Shown here: in pieces, positions 21,470 through 33,687 of the stretch | Position numbering within the stretch: the stretch's first letter is position 1 | Layout of the letters: each line of letters starts with the position of its first letter | NCBI GenBank assembly: GCA_002269645.1 | Contig: NIVC01000110.1 | Span: 1-64,000 of the forward strand | DNA length: 64,000 nt | Reading direction: 5' to 3' | Origin: Macrostomum lignano | Lineage: Eukaryota | The notes under the pieces: generated by a model | What the model saw: only the letters and a program-made list of their open reading frames with translations | Told to the model about the DNA's origin: nothing | Databases searched by the model: none | Position numbers and translations under genes: made by a program

Positions 21470-22890
21470 TGCACTCGTAACTGCAACAAAATCGCCTGGC
21501 CCTGACAACATCGCCCCCTGTATCCTTCAGGAAGCGCTAAAGCTGCAAAATTTTGCTGATTCTCTCTCTAAATTACTTGTTGACTGTTTTACTACAGGTT
21601 ATATTCCCACGATCTGGAGAATGTCCAGAGTCGTGTTCATCCCGAAGCCCGCCAAGGGTGACTACACCAACGTGAAATCCTTCCGACCCATCAGCCTCAC
21701 CTCTTTTTGCGTTAAGCTGATGCAGAGGCTCATCCTGTGGAGGCTTCGAGAGAGTGACCTGCGCTCCGACCCCGTCAGTAAGTTCCAGTACGCCTTCCAG
21801 CCTGGGAAGACGACTGAGCACGCTCTCCATGCCGCTAGCTCCAAGATCGAGAGTGCTATCTTTAGCAAACAATTCGCGGAATGTTTGTTGACTTCGAAGG
21901 AGCCTTTGACAACGTTCTATTTCGCTCCTTCAGAAACTCCCTTTCCCGCAGGAATGTGAGACACAGAATTGTCCGCTGGATTTACTTTATGACCCGCAAT
22001 AGGTTTGCGACATCTACGCTTATGGGCGTTACCTGCACCCGGGCGGTGATGAAAGGCGGCCCGCAAGGTGGCGTGCTTACTCCACTTCTGTTGAACCTCG
22101 TCATGGACGAGCTCCTGACCGCTGACATTCCCAACAGTATTAACAGGGCGGGCTGCGCCGAGGACGTTGCCGGGGTCGTCAGCAGACCCGACCCCGCCAC
22201 TCTGCGCAACCTGATGCAGCAATTCGCCGACAAGGCGGCTGACTGGACCAAGCAGCATGGCCTAAAAATAAGCGTCACGAAGACCGTCACAGCAATATCC
22301 TGGGCAACGAGCTCGCGGACTCTCTCGCCAAGGAGGGCAGCAACCCAGACGGCAACCACCGTCTGATGAGGCTACGCACTCCCAGGTCGCAAGTCACCCA
22401 CCATATCAACAGTCGGAAAGCTGTACCGACTACAGGCAGACCCGCTCTGCCATGCTTAATCTGAACAGGAAAGTCTCTGACTATCTGAACTCGCTTAACA
22501 GAACCGACCTCAGGGAGATGTGCATCGTCCTAACCGGCCATGGATTCTTCCAGAGACATATCTCGTTGCAAACCGGTTGCCCTCCCACCTGTCCTTTTTG
22601 TGGCATAGGAGAGGAGACCGCGGAGCATCACGTCACCTTCAGCCCTTACTTCAACAAGGCGCGGAATAAATACCTCGGCCACCCCCAGCGGACGGACGAG
22701 CTGACCAACCCGAACAACATCCGTGACCTTCGCGCCTTCGTCCGGGACTCCGGCCGGATGAGGGTCGCCGATGCCTCCCCCGTGAACCTGCCGACTACTG
22801 GCGGGGGCTGGGCGCACCCCAGGGTTAATCCTTGGTCACTCTTACCTTGGGATTGCGATAGCCTGCGCCCCCCCGTCAGTAGTGAGTAAT
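21470..22890 (+). pseudogene. Decayed LOA/R1-group non-LTR retrotransposon (5'-truncated, frameshifted, internally deleted)
   Basis: [56 protein letters not shown]; GTAA-type tail at about 22885-22900. Homologous to ORF2 of the element at 54034-59837. Confidence 0.9.
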
Positions 22891-23647
22891 TAGGTAAGTA
22901 ACTGCAACAATAAACAATGCTTTCGAGAAATTAGGTAGAGAAAAGCAGACTCCTCCTTTGGGTGACTCAAAAACTATAGCTACATAAAGTTCTGTAAAAC
23001 TTTGCAGGTCATTCGCATTATCGAAATGATCGTTTCTTAGTCAAAAAGTGAAATCATTTTTTGGATTTTAGCGTCTGTTTATGACCAAAGCGGTCACAAA
23101 TTTGACGTTAGCTTAATTTTTTAAAATAAAGCGTACAAGGTAAATTAAAACAAATATATTTGCTTTTGAATATTTACATTCAAATTACATTCAAGTTAAG
23201 TTGCTTGGGGTTGAGTTGTTGATTTTGTTTATTTGCACCCGCAACGAAGTCAGAACCGCGTCCAAGAACACCTTCGCTTCACAGGTCACGTTCGATACAT
23301 TTTAAATACGGGAATAATTCTTTAACCCAATTCTTCTCTTTGATTAGTCGATAACGTCAATGACGCATCCAACGCTGGTTTGCATTGTGGAGCCGTGAAT
23401 TAAAGTACATTTAGTACTGCACAAAAGTACGCCAGAATTTTGTACGAGTACATTAAGATGATCGCAGACTTCTACTAAAGCCTGCTGGTAAAAATCTTAA
23501 AAAAACTAATGAAAAAATGAATCGAAATACTTTTTAGTAATAGTTTGTTTATGTAGGGGTTTCTGAATGTCGAATCGATACTGTTACTTGATGTCTCATC
23601 AGCTTTTCGAAGCCTAGCTATTGATTTTTGACTTTTGTGGCGGTCAT

Positions 23648-23992
23648 CTAACGGCTTCGAGCTGATTGGGAACGCTGCAATCCTTTCGAAACTTTTCCAC
23701 CCAGGAGCCCTTTTGGCGGCTTTGGTGGCGGCGGCCCGTTTTTAGTGAGTTGATCAACATTGGAATGCGACCGCTTTAATCCCCCAGCCTGCGTGCTCCC
23801 CTGTGGCGACTTTGGCCGTGGCGGCGGCTTCGGCCTCTTGAACGCATTTTGTCGCTTCAATTTATTAGCTAACTTCGGAGTGACTCGGGCCCTCGGAGGC
23901 GGCGGCTTGGGGACCTTGCCCGAGAACGCGCCCCTCATTGCAAAATTGTGAGCAGTGTTTAGAGAAGTTGGTGACAGCTTCAGAAGGGCCAT
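23648..23992 (-). CDS. Pro/Lys-rich peptide family copy A (signal exon deleted; possible pseudogene or intracellular variant)
   Basis: Intact ORF ...MRGAFSGKVPKPPPPR...KRQNAFKRPKPPPRPK.... The acceptor CAG is changed to CAA, and the signal exon present in copy B is absent from the aligned position. Confidence 0.55.
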   Translation of the reverse strand: MALLKLSPTSLNTAHNFAMRGAFSGKVPKPPPPRARVTPKLANKLKRQNAFKRPKPPPRPKSPQGSTQAGGLKRSHSNVDQLTKNGPPPPKPPKGLLGGKVSKGLQRSQSARSR

Positions 23993-25928
23993 ATACTATG
24001 TAATTAAATATTTGCCGAAGAGCTGAAGGCTAGCAAAACGCCTTTGCGAAATCTTCCCCCGCAATCTGCACTCCAAAGCACGCCAATAATTGTACGCTGG
24101 AATGCACTCATGCATACCCTCACAGGGTATTACAGCGGCCATGACTTTCTAAGACTGCTAAGTTTTCAGCTTTTAGTATAGTCCTGCGTTTCTTATAGCT
24201 TTATTGATATTCAAACCCGTAAGAGCTTTTTGCGTATAAAATTGTGTGTTGCTATCTGTATGTGTGTGTTGCTATCTGTTGCGATATGTTGTGGACAATC
24301 TTTGTCTCGCATCAATCTCGTAATTCGTACCTAAACTAAGCTGTCGCACACGTTTAAACCATAGACATGTCAGAATGTTTACGAGCAGCCTTGGACCGTT
24401 TCTGTCAAAGAGGATACGGCAAGTCGACTTTCGAGCTTCCAGAGATTTTTAATCAATACTGCAACTTCGCGTTGAGCTAAAGCACAAAAGCTCAATAAGC
24501 TTGCACCTACGCGCTCGTAGTTCAAATTACCGCGATTCCAAAAAGAAAAGTAGCTACTTTATTTTAATGAAAAAATTACGGCCAAACTTTCTCAATCAAA
24601 TCAATTTCAATGTTTTTTATTTTTTCAATCAAATTAAATGGAATTCAATTCGCTGTTTTTAAGAGTGTTCGGTTCATTTTGATCGGGCCCTTAAAAGTAC
24701 GAGTACATGCATGTGTCGTGTCTGAAACAATCACCATGGCTTGATTCCACATTAAATAGAATCTTGTGCGGGAACACGTTGCCGGTGGGTTGCTGTGTGC
24801 GATTCACTCCATGAGGGCCAACCTCTAAGGTACAGAGTGTACTTCGCCCGACGATTAGATAGTCGTCGACGGCCCTGAGGGTGTGCTGCTGCGCTGCTTT
24901 TCGACTCTACCATCAAATTTAAAATGAATAAAGGAATATGGAACGCAATAAATGATATCAGAGTACATTTTCTCTATTAATTAGTACTGGTTTCTGAACA
25001 TAACAAAAAGTGCGTCATGCAGTCACTTAGCTAAAAGCTTATCTTTTAAAATTTATCAAATCTGATGCAACTTGTGAAATCCACAAATAAGTATGAAACT
25101 TTCTAAAAGACAAATCAGATTACACTCGGAGGGCCAGAGAGGGCCAGAGAGGCGCAACAACGAATCTGATTCTCTTGTGCCCTTGGTTCGATTCCAAGTG
25201 CGGCCGAATTCATTCGGGGTTAAATAGTGCACTTGTTACTAGTGAACTTTGCATGCCATTTGCATTATCGAACCGTTCGTTTTTTACTGAAGTAGTCAAC
25301 AAGTGAAATCATTTTGGCTTTTAGCTTTTTTACGCGACCAAAACGGTCTCAAATTGACGTTGGTTTAAAAAAATTAAAATATTGCGTAGAACGTAATTAA
25401 TTAAAAAATATATTAGTTTGCTACATTTGTTTTAAAATAAACTACTCGGATATCAATATTTGCACCCAACTTGCATCCCTGTCTAGTTTAGTTCCTTATG
25501 GTTCAGTTGTTTATTTTATTTGCTTGCACTCGCAACGAAGTCAAAACCGCGTCAAAAAAACACATTGGATTTACGGGTCGTGTTCGGTCGATTTTTTCAA
25601 AGGGGAAAAAATCTTTGACCCGAAGCCTTTGTCTTTGCTTAGTGTCGATAACTTCATTGAAGCATCCAACGCTTGTTTGCATCGTGAATTCGGGAATAAA
25701 AGTACATATAGTACTGCACAAAAAGTACACCTGGATGTTGTACATTACGATAATCGCAGACTTTTACTTAAAGCCTGATAGGATATAACAATAAGTCTTA
25801 ATAAACTAATGAAAAATAATAAAAAATACTTATTTTTTTGCAAGGGTTTCTGAATATCAATACTGTTACTTGACGTCTCATCAGCTCGACGAAGCCTAGC
25901 TATTAATTTTTTACTTTTGTGGCGATCA

Positions 25929-26472
25929 TCAAAGGGCCTCGAGCCGATTGGGAACGTTACAATGCTTTCGCACCAGCCTGCGTGCTCCCTGTGGCGACTT
26001 TGGCCGTGGCGGCGGCTTCGGCCTCTTGAACGCATTTTGTCGCTTCAATTTATTAGCTAACTTCGGAGTGACTCGGGCCCTCGGAGGCGGCGGCTTGGGG
26101 ACCTTGCCCGAGAACGCGCCCCTCACTGCAAAATTGTGAGCAGTGTTTAGAGAAGTTGGTGACAGCTTCAGAAAGTTCATATATTGAATATTATGTAATC
26201 AAATATCTGCCGAAGAGCTGGGGGCAACCTGGCGAACCGCCTTCAGCGACATCATGGAGGGGAAACTACGTTTCTAGGAAATTTTTATGAGCAAGGGGTC
26301 AGGAAGTTATCTACTGGAAACATCAGTTTCTATCAGATTATTCAAGAACCCCGATAAAATCTAGATCTGTTCTGCACTTACCTCGCCTAGGGCAGGACTC
26401 CACATCACTTGGCAGAGTCAGAGCCACCAGTAGGCACACAGCAAGCAGTATTTGCAGCGTTAACGAAGGCAT
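25929..26472 (-). CDS. Secreted Pro/Lys-rich peptide, copy B (2 exons)
   Basis: Exon 1 26472-26382 (MPSLTLQILLAVCLLVALTLPSDVESCPRR, G|GTAAGT); exon 2 26125-25929 (ttttgcag|TG AGG GGC...). Phase 1. Confidence 0.8.
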
Positions 26473-27937
26473 GTTTGTTGCTATCGGTTGCTTTATGTTG
26501 TGAGTAATCTTTGTCTCGCAGGCAGCTTTCATAAAGCTCAACTAACTCCAACCTCAACTAAGCTGTCGCACACGGTTAAGCCATAGACATATCAGAACAG
26601 CCTACAAGCAGCCTTAGACTGTTTCAGTCAAAGAGAAAGACGGCACGAAAAAGTTCAAGTCGACTTTTAAGCTTCCAGAGATTTTAAATCAATAACTGAA
26701 ACTTCGGGTTGAGCTAAAGTACAACGGCTCAACAAGCTTGCATCTACGCGCAAGTAGTTTAGCTTATCGCAATCCCAATAGAAAATAAAAGTAGCTACTT
26801 TATTTTAATGCAAAAATTACGACCAAAAGCTAGAACAAAATTTGATTTGATGTTTTTACCAGCGTTTAGTTAATTTAAATCGGGCTCATTTAAAGTACAT
26901 GTAGGTGTCATGTCTCGCGACATCACCTGGGTTTGAGTCCGTGTGATGAAGAGGATGATGAAGAGTGGGCTCTTCAGTGAGGTGGCATGAAAACGAATGA
27001 GCCACGGCATGCATCGGTGCTATTTCTTGGAAGCTGGGCTCGACCAGATGAGGAGAATCAAAGCATAGCATTAAGTTCTGCTCTGCAATTAGGTGTCGAA
27101 CAAAATTGAGGCCATGATTTTCGACAAAGGTGCTGACGGTCAGGTGACGGAACTTTCCGTGATTCTTTTACGTCACCTGTATCCTTCCGACCTGCAAGGT
27201 GTGCTGTCTACAACGGTATTCCGGCTGTCCGAGGTGAAACCTGTTTCACCAGATCACGGTGATCGCCGAAGTGATGGTCGAGATCGTCCAGCTGTACATG
27301 GCCGAGATCAAGTTTCGGATAGACTTGCTCAAAAAGACTGCAGACTAGGGGCTCTAGGTTTTTACCACAGACACAAACTCACTGATTACAAGGTAGAGCC
27401 TGTCAAAGTTATGCGAACTTATTAATAGATCGGCCTCCAAATATTGTCGTTTCCCGTAGTCCCTGGCTGCTGCTGATGCTGCAGACGCCCAATCACATGC
27501 GCGCACACTCCGTTGTTTTGTCGTCTACTTACTGGCCGACGCCTTGAAGAAGTTGTTGACGGCTTTGAGAGGCCTGTCGTTGCTCTGATTTTCGACTCTG
27601 AGTCAAATTTTAAATGAATAAATGAATATTGAACGCAAGAAATGATATCAGAGTACTCTGCTCGTATATCAACCAGTACTGTATTCTTTACAAAACAAAA
27701 ATATTGTAGTGCAATATGTATAGTCACTTAGCTATAAGCTCAGCTCTTAAAATTTATCAAATTTGATGCTACTTGTCAAATAAACAATTAGGTATAAAAC
27801 GTTCTAAAAGGCAAATAAGATAAACCGGTGGCACAACAGTGTTGGTCTTGTGCCCGTAGAAACGTTTACAGTCTCATGTCTAGAACTGTGTTTTGAATTT
27901 GGCGAACAAGTACTGAACGCATCCTTTGTCCGTGATG

Positions 27938-28817
27938 CTACCTGGTCTTATCGTTGCTCATCATCTTCACGGCGTCCTGAAAGCCGCTAGCCATTGCTGG
28001 GGGCTTTGGCGCTGAGTTGAAATTTGGCGTCGGGTTCTTGCTGAAAGCATTCTGCTGCTTCATGTTGACAACCTTGACTTTTCCGGCCTCTTTAAGCCTT
28101 TTCAACTGTTGCGCCATTGCTTGCGTTTCATACTTTGTGGCTGGCGGGCTCGGAGGCTTGGGGACTCTCTTTGAGAATGCGCCCTTCACTGCAGGTGTGT
28201 GACGGAGAGACAGGGGTGTGACACATTGAGAATGCGCCCTTCACTGCAGGTGTGTGACGGAGAGACAGGAATGAGACACATTGAGAATGCGCCCTTCACT
28301 ACAGGTGTGTGACGGAGGGACAGGGGTGTGACACATCGAGAATGCGCCCTTCACTGCAGGTGTGTGACGGAGAGACAGGAATGAGACACATTGAGAATGC
28401 GCCCTTCACTGCAGGTGTGTGACGGAGAGACAAGGGTGTGATACATTGATTGAGAATGTGCCCTTCACTGCAGGTGTGTGACGGAGAGACAGGTGTGTGA
28501 CACATTGAGAATGCGCCCTGCACTGTTAGATGTGTGACGGAGGGACAAGGGTGTGGTACATTGATTGAGAATGTGCCCTTAAGTGCAAGGTTTGCGGCTT
28601 TGAAGGTTAAAATAGATTAATAATTTACAAAGAATAAGGGTGTATACACATGCAATAATTTCAGTTTTAATAGAAGCATGAGCTTAAGCATGAGTTTAAG
28701 AAGTCCTTAGACTCAGTTACCTCTCCTAGGGCAGCTGTCGGCATCTCGAGGTAGAATAAAAAACAGAGCAACCAATAGGTAGACGGCGAGCACAGATTGA
28801 ACCGCAACAGAAGGCAT
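27938..28817 (-). CDS. Secreted Pro/Lys-rich peptide, copy C (2 exons)
   Basis: Exon 1 28817-28721 (MPSVAVQSVLAVYLLVALFFILPRDADSCPRR, G|GTAACT); exon 2 28188-27938 (VKGAFSKRVPKPPSPP...KQQNAFSK...). Confidence 0.8.
28173..28590. repeat. 55-60-bp minisatellite (8 units) made of the copy C intron/exon-2 junction
   Basis: Units gagaatgcgcccttcactgcagg... start at 28173, 28228, 28283, 28338, 28393, 28452, 28507 and 28567. Confidence 0.95.
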
Positions 28818-30303
28818 GGCATCGGTTTCACTTTCAAATGTCTCTTCATTCATAATTATTGGTTCTTTTTACTCAGTAACATTTGAGAAAGCTTTCGCCA
28901 TAGATTTGAAGACAGATTTTGGTTTTGGTGATTTTTTGCTCAGTTTAAAGCATCATGTGTTTATTTAAGCAGCAGCTTCGGGAGCAGAGAGGCACAGCAA
29001 AAAAGTCTGACTCCTCGCTAATCGACCCTTGGTTGGATTCCATGTGCGGCCGCATTCATTTGGGGCTTGTGTGCACGAAAATAAGTTGCGCCATTGTTTC
29101 GGCTTGCAGTCTTCCTGCGAACATATTAGTCCTTTCCAGCGCTCGCTAGTCCAGGTCACGTACGAACAACTTGAAGGAGTTCCTCTGTCTGTCGGTACCA
29201 GATAATTCAGCGCCAGTTCCCTGTCTCCGACCCATACGGTGCTAAAGTGCATGACGTCATTCTACGATTCCACCAAGGCCTCGTAAAGCTGCTCCAAGGT
29301 GCCCCCGCGAATGAAACGGTGCTGCTCACGGACAGCAGGATCGTTGTAGCCGCAGCGCTTCAGTTGGCCGGAGGAAGGCCATCGATCGGCTGCAGAGGAA
29401 ATTCTGGCTGCCCCCCCCATGGCGCGGCAGGCGCAGGCGGTTCCGTCAAGGAGACGCCAGCACCAGGACATCGTGCAAGCGTTCAGCGGCTGGAAGCTGA
29501 TAATCAGACGGTGCACGCCGCTAATTTTGACTGGTACTTCGCCAGAAAGTGACCAAAGCTGTGCGACGGTCTCTGAGAGGTCGACTGGCTGCTCTGCTCG
29601 ACAGCACGTCCACAAACCACAATGTCATAGCAACACAGCCGCACCCTACAAACTAAACGCATCGCATGTACATGCTTACGTAAATTAAACCCAACCACTG
29701 GCTGACACACCTGTTCCCTAATGTCGTTCCGCTAATCTGCGAAATTATCGCATTATGGGCTTTGTACTTTTTTGGTTCGAGAAGAGATGTAGTGCACGCT
29801 CCTCCAGCCTTGAAGCTTTTCTCTGACTAGCTATAACTCTCTCGACAAACGTGCACTAGCGCTGGCCCCTTCAACTATTGAGTAACATTGTAGCCGCCCG
29901 TTGGCAGTGACAATATATTACCGTAGCTCGATTAAATATACGCTCCAAGAAACTATGTTTTATCTCTGTGCACAAACGCACTAACGTTTTAAAGATGTTT
30001 TTACGACTATAGCAGGCTTCACATCCTAATGTTTTGTTTCCAAATGTGCCCTAACTGTTCAAAATGGCTTCGTAAAAATCAAATTTAGTGTAAGAAATTG
30101 GCAGAGGTGTTTAGTTTTGGTCTTCAGATAACAACTCGCGGTACGAAACAAAAACATGTCTATTTGTAAAACCGTATATTTAAGAAAGTTACCTTTCACC
30201 TGCTGACACACATCGGTTAATTACATTACTTGAACGCATTGAATATATTGTACCATAAAGCTTCAAAATTGTATTATAGCTGTGTTGGCTAGCTGGAGAA
30301 AAC

Positions 30304-30461
30304 CAAGGACTACTCAAGTAGAAGGACAGGAAACTGTGTTTCATGGAAAATTTAGGAGACAGATTTTACCCAAAAAACATTACGGTGATAGGAGACTAGT
30401 AAAACCTGCCCCTAAAATTTCCCAAGAAACGTAGCTTCGTGTCCTACTTGAGTAGTCCTTG
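30304..30461. mobile_element. 158-bp MITE, P-type termini (CAAGG...CCTTG), 8-bp TSD GAGAAAAC
   Basis: TIR CAAGGACTACTCAAGTAG / CTACTTGAGTAGTCCTTG; TSD at 30296-30303 and 30462-30469. Confidence 0.9.
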
Positions 30462-30658
30462 GAGAAAACGAAAGAAAATATTGTTGAAGAATGTCATGAA
30501 TTTAATGAAAACCGATCAATAAACCTGGCATACGTTTGGCTACTGATCTCCATTTGTCGATTTTTTATCTCCTGCAGCGCCTGTTTGCCCATCTGACTTT
30601 GCTCATAGCTGTTTTGGGCACCTCGCCGTCTGATCGTAAGAGATACTCGAAGCTGCTG

Positions 30659-31385
30659 CTACATGGCCGCCCCTGGCGGCAACTTGTTGTTGAGGCGTCC
30701 AGCGAGTCGCGGATTTGCCAGGTGCGAGCCCGCTTCCTCCGGGTTGAACTTCGCCTTTGGCGGCGGCGGCTTCGGAATCCGGTTTGAAAATGCGCCTTTA
30801 ACTGCAAAGGTGGGCGAATGGCAGTTTGAAGATGAAACTGCATTTTGGCAGTAATTTTTTCAAAATATTACTTCCAATCGTCGTGGTAACGTGATGGGTA
30901 GCGCCGTGGTAATACGCCGAAAGGTCGCACCAATGTACCCAGGCTCGATTCCAAGTGCAGTCACATTAATTGGTGGCTAAATTGGAATCTCGGCTTTGCT
31001 CTGCAGCTCGTGCGATTACCGCCCTCGAGGGCCAACCCCCAAGTCACAGTAAAGTGTACATGCCTAACGATGTGTACATGCTTGTGTGCCTGCTCAGAGG
31101 AGTCGGCGGAATGGGCAATAATGCCTCTCGCCGGTTGTGTGACAATGTCGCTTAAAGTGCGCCAGGGTGCACACAACCCCTGCCTATAGCTAAAAATGAT
31201 GTACTCTCGGAGTCAGTACTGTATAAATTAATTATATACTTTAAAAAATACGAGCTAAGAAATTTTCAAATGAATTGATTCTCCTCACCTCGTCTAGGAC
31301 AACCCTCCGCCTCGTTTGACAGGGTTAAAGTCAGAGCTATCAGAAAGTAAGTCGCCAGTATCGATCGAAGCAAAATTGGCGGCAT
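30659..31385 (-). CDS. Secreted Pro/Lys-rich peptide, copy D (2 exons; stop probably premature)
   Basis: Exon 1 31385-31289 (MPPILLRSILATYFLIALTLTLSNEAEGCPRR, G|GTGAGG); exon 2 from 30801 (VKGAFSNRIPKPPPP...AAM*). The TAG falls where copy C reads AM-A-QQL. Confidence 0.7.
30890..31190 (+). mobile_element. tRNA-derived SINE, copy 3 (in the intron of peptide D, antisense)
   Basis: A-box-like agcgccgtggt and B-box-like GGCTCGATTCC; the body matches copies 1 and 2. Confidence 0.8.
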
Positions 31386-31417
31386 TTTTGTTATAATCTT
31401 CTTGCTGTTGTTTAGTA

Positions 31418-32162
31418 TAGCATTTTGCAGCCCATTTGGGCTTACGCGCATTTAATTTAATCCAAGATACGTTTGCCAATGTAACAGAGCTTTTGTCTAT
31501 GGTAGCAAGGCTGGCACAGCGGCATTTAATTTGGTCCAAAAAGCATCCATTTGGTCCAAACACTCGTGAGCCATTGGACACTCTTGCCTTCTATCAACCG
31601 TCTGCAGGTTGTTGCGCACCGCTGGAATGTCAGCGTCTCTACCAGCAATTTTCAGTTGCTTTTCCAGAGCTCTGCTGATAGTCAAAATCTGATAACCAAC
31701 TGGAGCTGTTCCCTCAACTTCTGCTGCATTTTCTGAAACGTCAACAAAGGGTTCGTCTCCACTGCATCGAGTAGCAGTTGGACCTGAGGCTCTCGAGCAA
31801 CTTTCCTTGGCGATTGCCACCCTTTCGCAGGCAATCTCTGTCGGCAGAGTTTCAAGGCGCTGCTGGATGCTGTAAACCACCTTTTCTTTTACATTCAGCA
31901 ACCTTGCAATGTCCTTTGGGTGTTTACCTCCGTCTAGTGCTTCGATCACAAGCCAATGACATCCGTTCAACAGCCTAGCATATGGTCCACAATTCTGGGA
32001 CTGAGCTGCAAATGAACTAAATGGACCAAATTGATGCTTGTTGGACCAAATTAAATGCCGCTGTGCCAGCCTTGCTACCATAGACAAAAGCTCCATTACT
32101 TTGACAAACATATCTTGGATTAAATTCAATGCGCGTAAGCCCAAATGGGCTGCAAAAAGCTA
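31418..32162 (-). mobile_element. Internally deleted Tc1/mariner-type element (about 145-bp TIRs, TA TSD)
   Basis: Inverted repeats at 31418-~31560 and ~32020-32162; TA at 31416-17 and 32163-64; HTH-like remnant DGGKHPKDIARLLNVKEKVVYSI on the minus strand. Confidence 0.85.
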
Positions 32163-33643
32163 TATTGACCAGCTTGTCTATTGCAACCTACATGTGGTTA
32201 ATGGCAGGAGAGTAAATTCAGAGAGTAATGATTTTTTAACCATAGATTGTCACTTTTTCCGTAATAAATCCAAAGTATTTTTAGTTTAAAAAGTCCTTGA
32301 ATAAAAAAAATCGATGTACTTTTTAAGCAGAAAAAGCTAACAAAGGGCTTGATTGTAAGACAGGAAGGTACCAAAGGCTGAAAATTTTTTTAAAGCAGAA
32401 AGAAAAAGTAAAAAATTGAATGACAAGACTCGTAAGTCGTCACGTTTAAGTCAGTTTAGTCTATTTTCCCTATTTGTGATGCATTCTCTCGTCCTTTTTA
32501 CTTTCCCATCAGCTAATGTACAGTCTGGTAAGTTTGTTTCCCTGTCCGCTTCCTTCCAGTCCCTGTTCAGTCCCTGTCTGGCTCTCTGCCCAGCCATTGT
32601 CTGTGTTCTCTCAAGGTTCCGACATGTGTTACTTTACATATAGGCATTACTTGTATTCCCAAATGAGAAATAAATTCAACGATATGATGTAACCGCCCTT
32701 GTCGCCTGTCCGCTCCGTTGAGAGACGAACGCGTGACCAGAGGGGGCAATGACCGTAGGCTGCCTATGACCGGGCAATGACCTGACTGACCTCCAGCACC
32801 AGACTGTCCCGCCCATATGATTGATAGCTTTGGTAGCGCTTTCGTGACTAGAGGGCCAAGGACCCACATGGACCCTACCTGTAGCCAAGGTGTAATAGTT
32901 GGTCACTCGGTCATGGTGTGACCGAGTGGCTGCCACCACTCTATGTGACCTGGCGCACCTGGATCTTACTACCAGACCTCTCGAGGCTAGAGCCCCGCCT
33001 GGATTGGTTACCAGCAGGAGATTTAGGCTAACAGGGGAGACACATGCAGCCTAGTACAGGGACTCTGCTTGGGGCATGATCAGGAACTCTGGGCTCAATC
33101 TGGAGGATTTCTCAGCAGGGGATCCTTTGTGGCTGTGAGCGAGGCTGACTTGCGGCTCTAATTACTAAGAGTAGTGTGAGGCGAACATGTACTGTCTCTA
33201 GTTTAGATTGCTCAGGGCGAAGGGACGCGTTAGCATGGGGTTGCAACCTTCCTGCTGCCATTCTGTGCTAAGACTCGCTAATTCCCTCTACTGCACGCAC
33301 TCACGGCCCCGCAGCACGAACTCACAGGCGGGCTTTGCACGGGGAGAGGCCATTAGCTTACCCAACTTCCTTTTGCTTTGCCACCCCGGGAGAAAGGCTT
33401 AGCAAGCCATGAGTGAAATGATGGTGAAAGATTGAATAATGATGAGGTTAGTTAATAGTTAATAATTAGGCCCTTAGGCAAATAATCAGGTAATTAGGCG
33501 GCTTCACTATTGAGTAAAAGTACAGCAAAAGGTACGGTATCACAATTGGCTCAGCTCTCTAATCAAGCAATGGGCAATAGGCAACCCCCGGATAAGCAAG
33601 GGCAATTAGTGCACAAATTAGTAATAGGAACTCACCGGCAGCT

Positions 33644-33646
<3 letters not shown>

Positions 33647-33685
<39 letters not shown>
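33647..33685. repeat. (GA)n microsatellite
   Basis: Direct observation. Confidence 0.97.

Positions 33686-33687
<2 letters not shown>

Larger units (their letters stand above)
23000..27830. repeat. Tandem segmental duplication (unit A about 23000-25130, unit B about 25250-27830)
   Basis: Collinear matches by eye: 23040/25295, 23820-23990/26000-26180, 24270-24600/26475-26830, 24900-25090/27590-27790. Confidence 0.85.

Noticed and set aside
27093-27425. Insert in duplication unit B with an NKIEAMIF motif resembling a LINE RT remnant
   Set aside because: A single short motif is too little to call.
29247-29552. ORF with VLLTDSRIVVAA resembling an RNase H segment
   Set aside because: Other catalytic motifs were not recognisable, so the support is insufficient.
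32416-32527. Hydrophobic stretch ending in a phase-1 GTAAGT donor, like another signal exon
   Set aside because: There is no in-frame ATG, no Cys and no partner exon identified.
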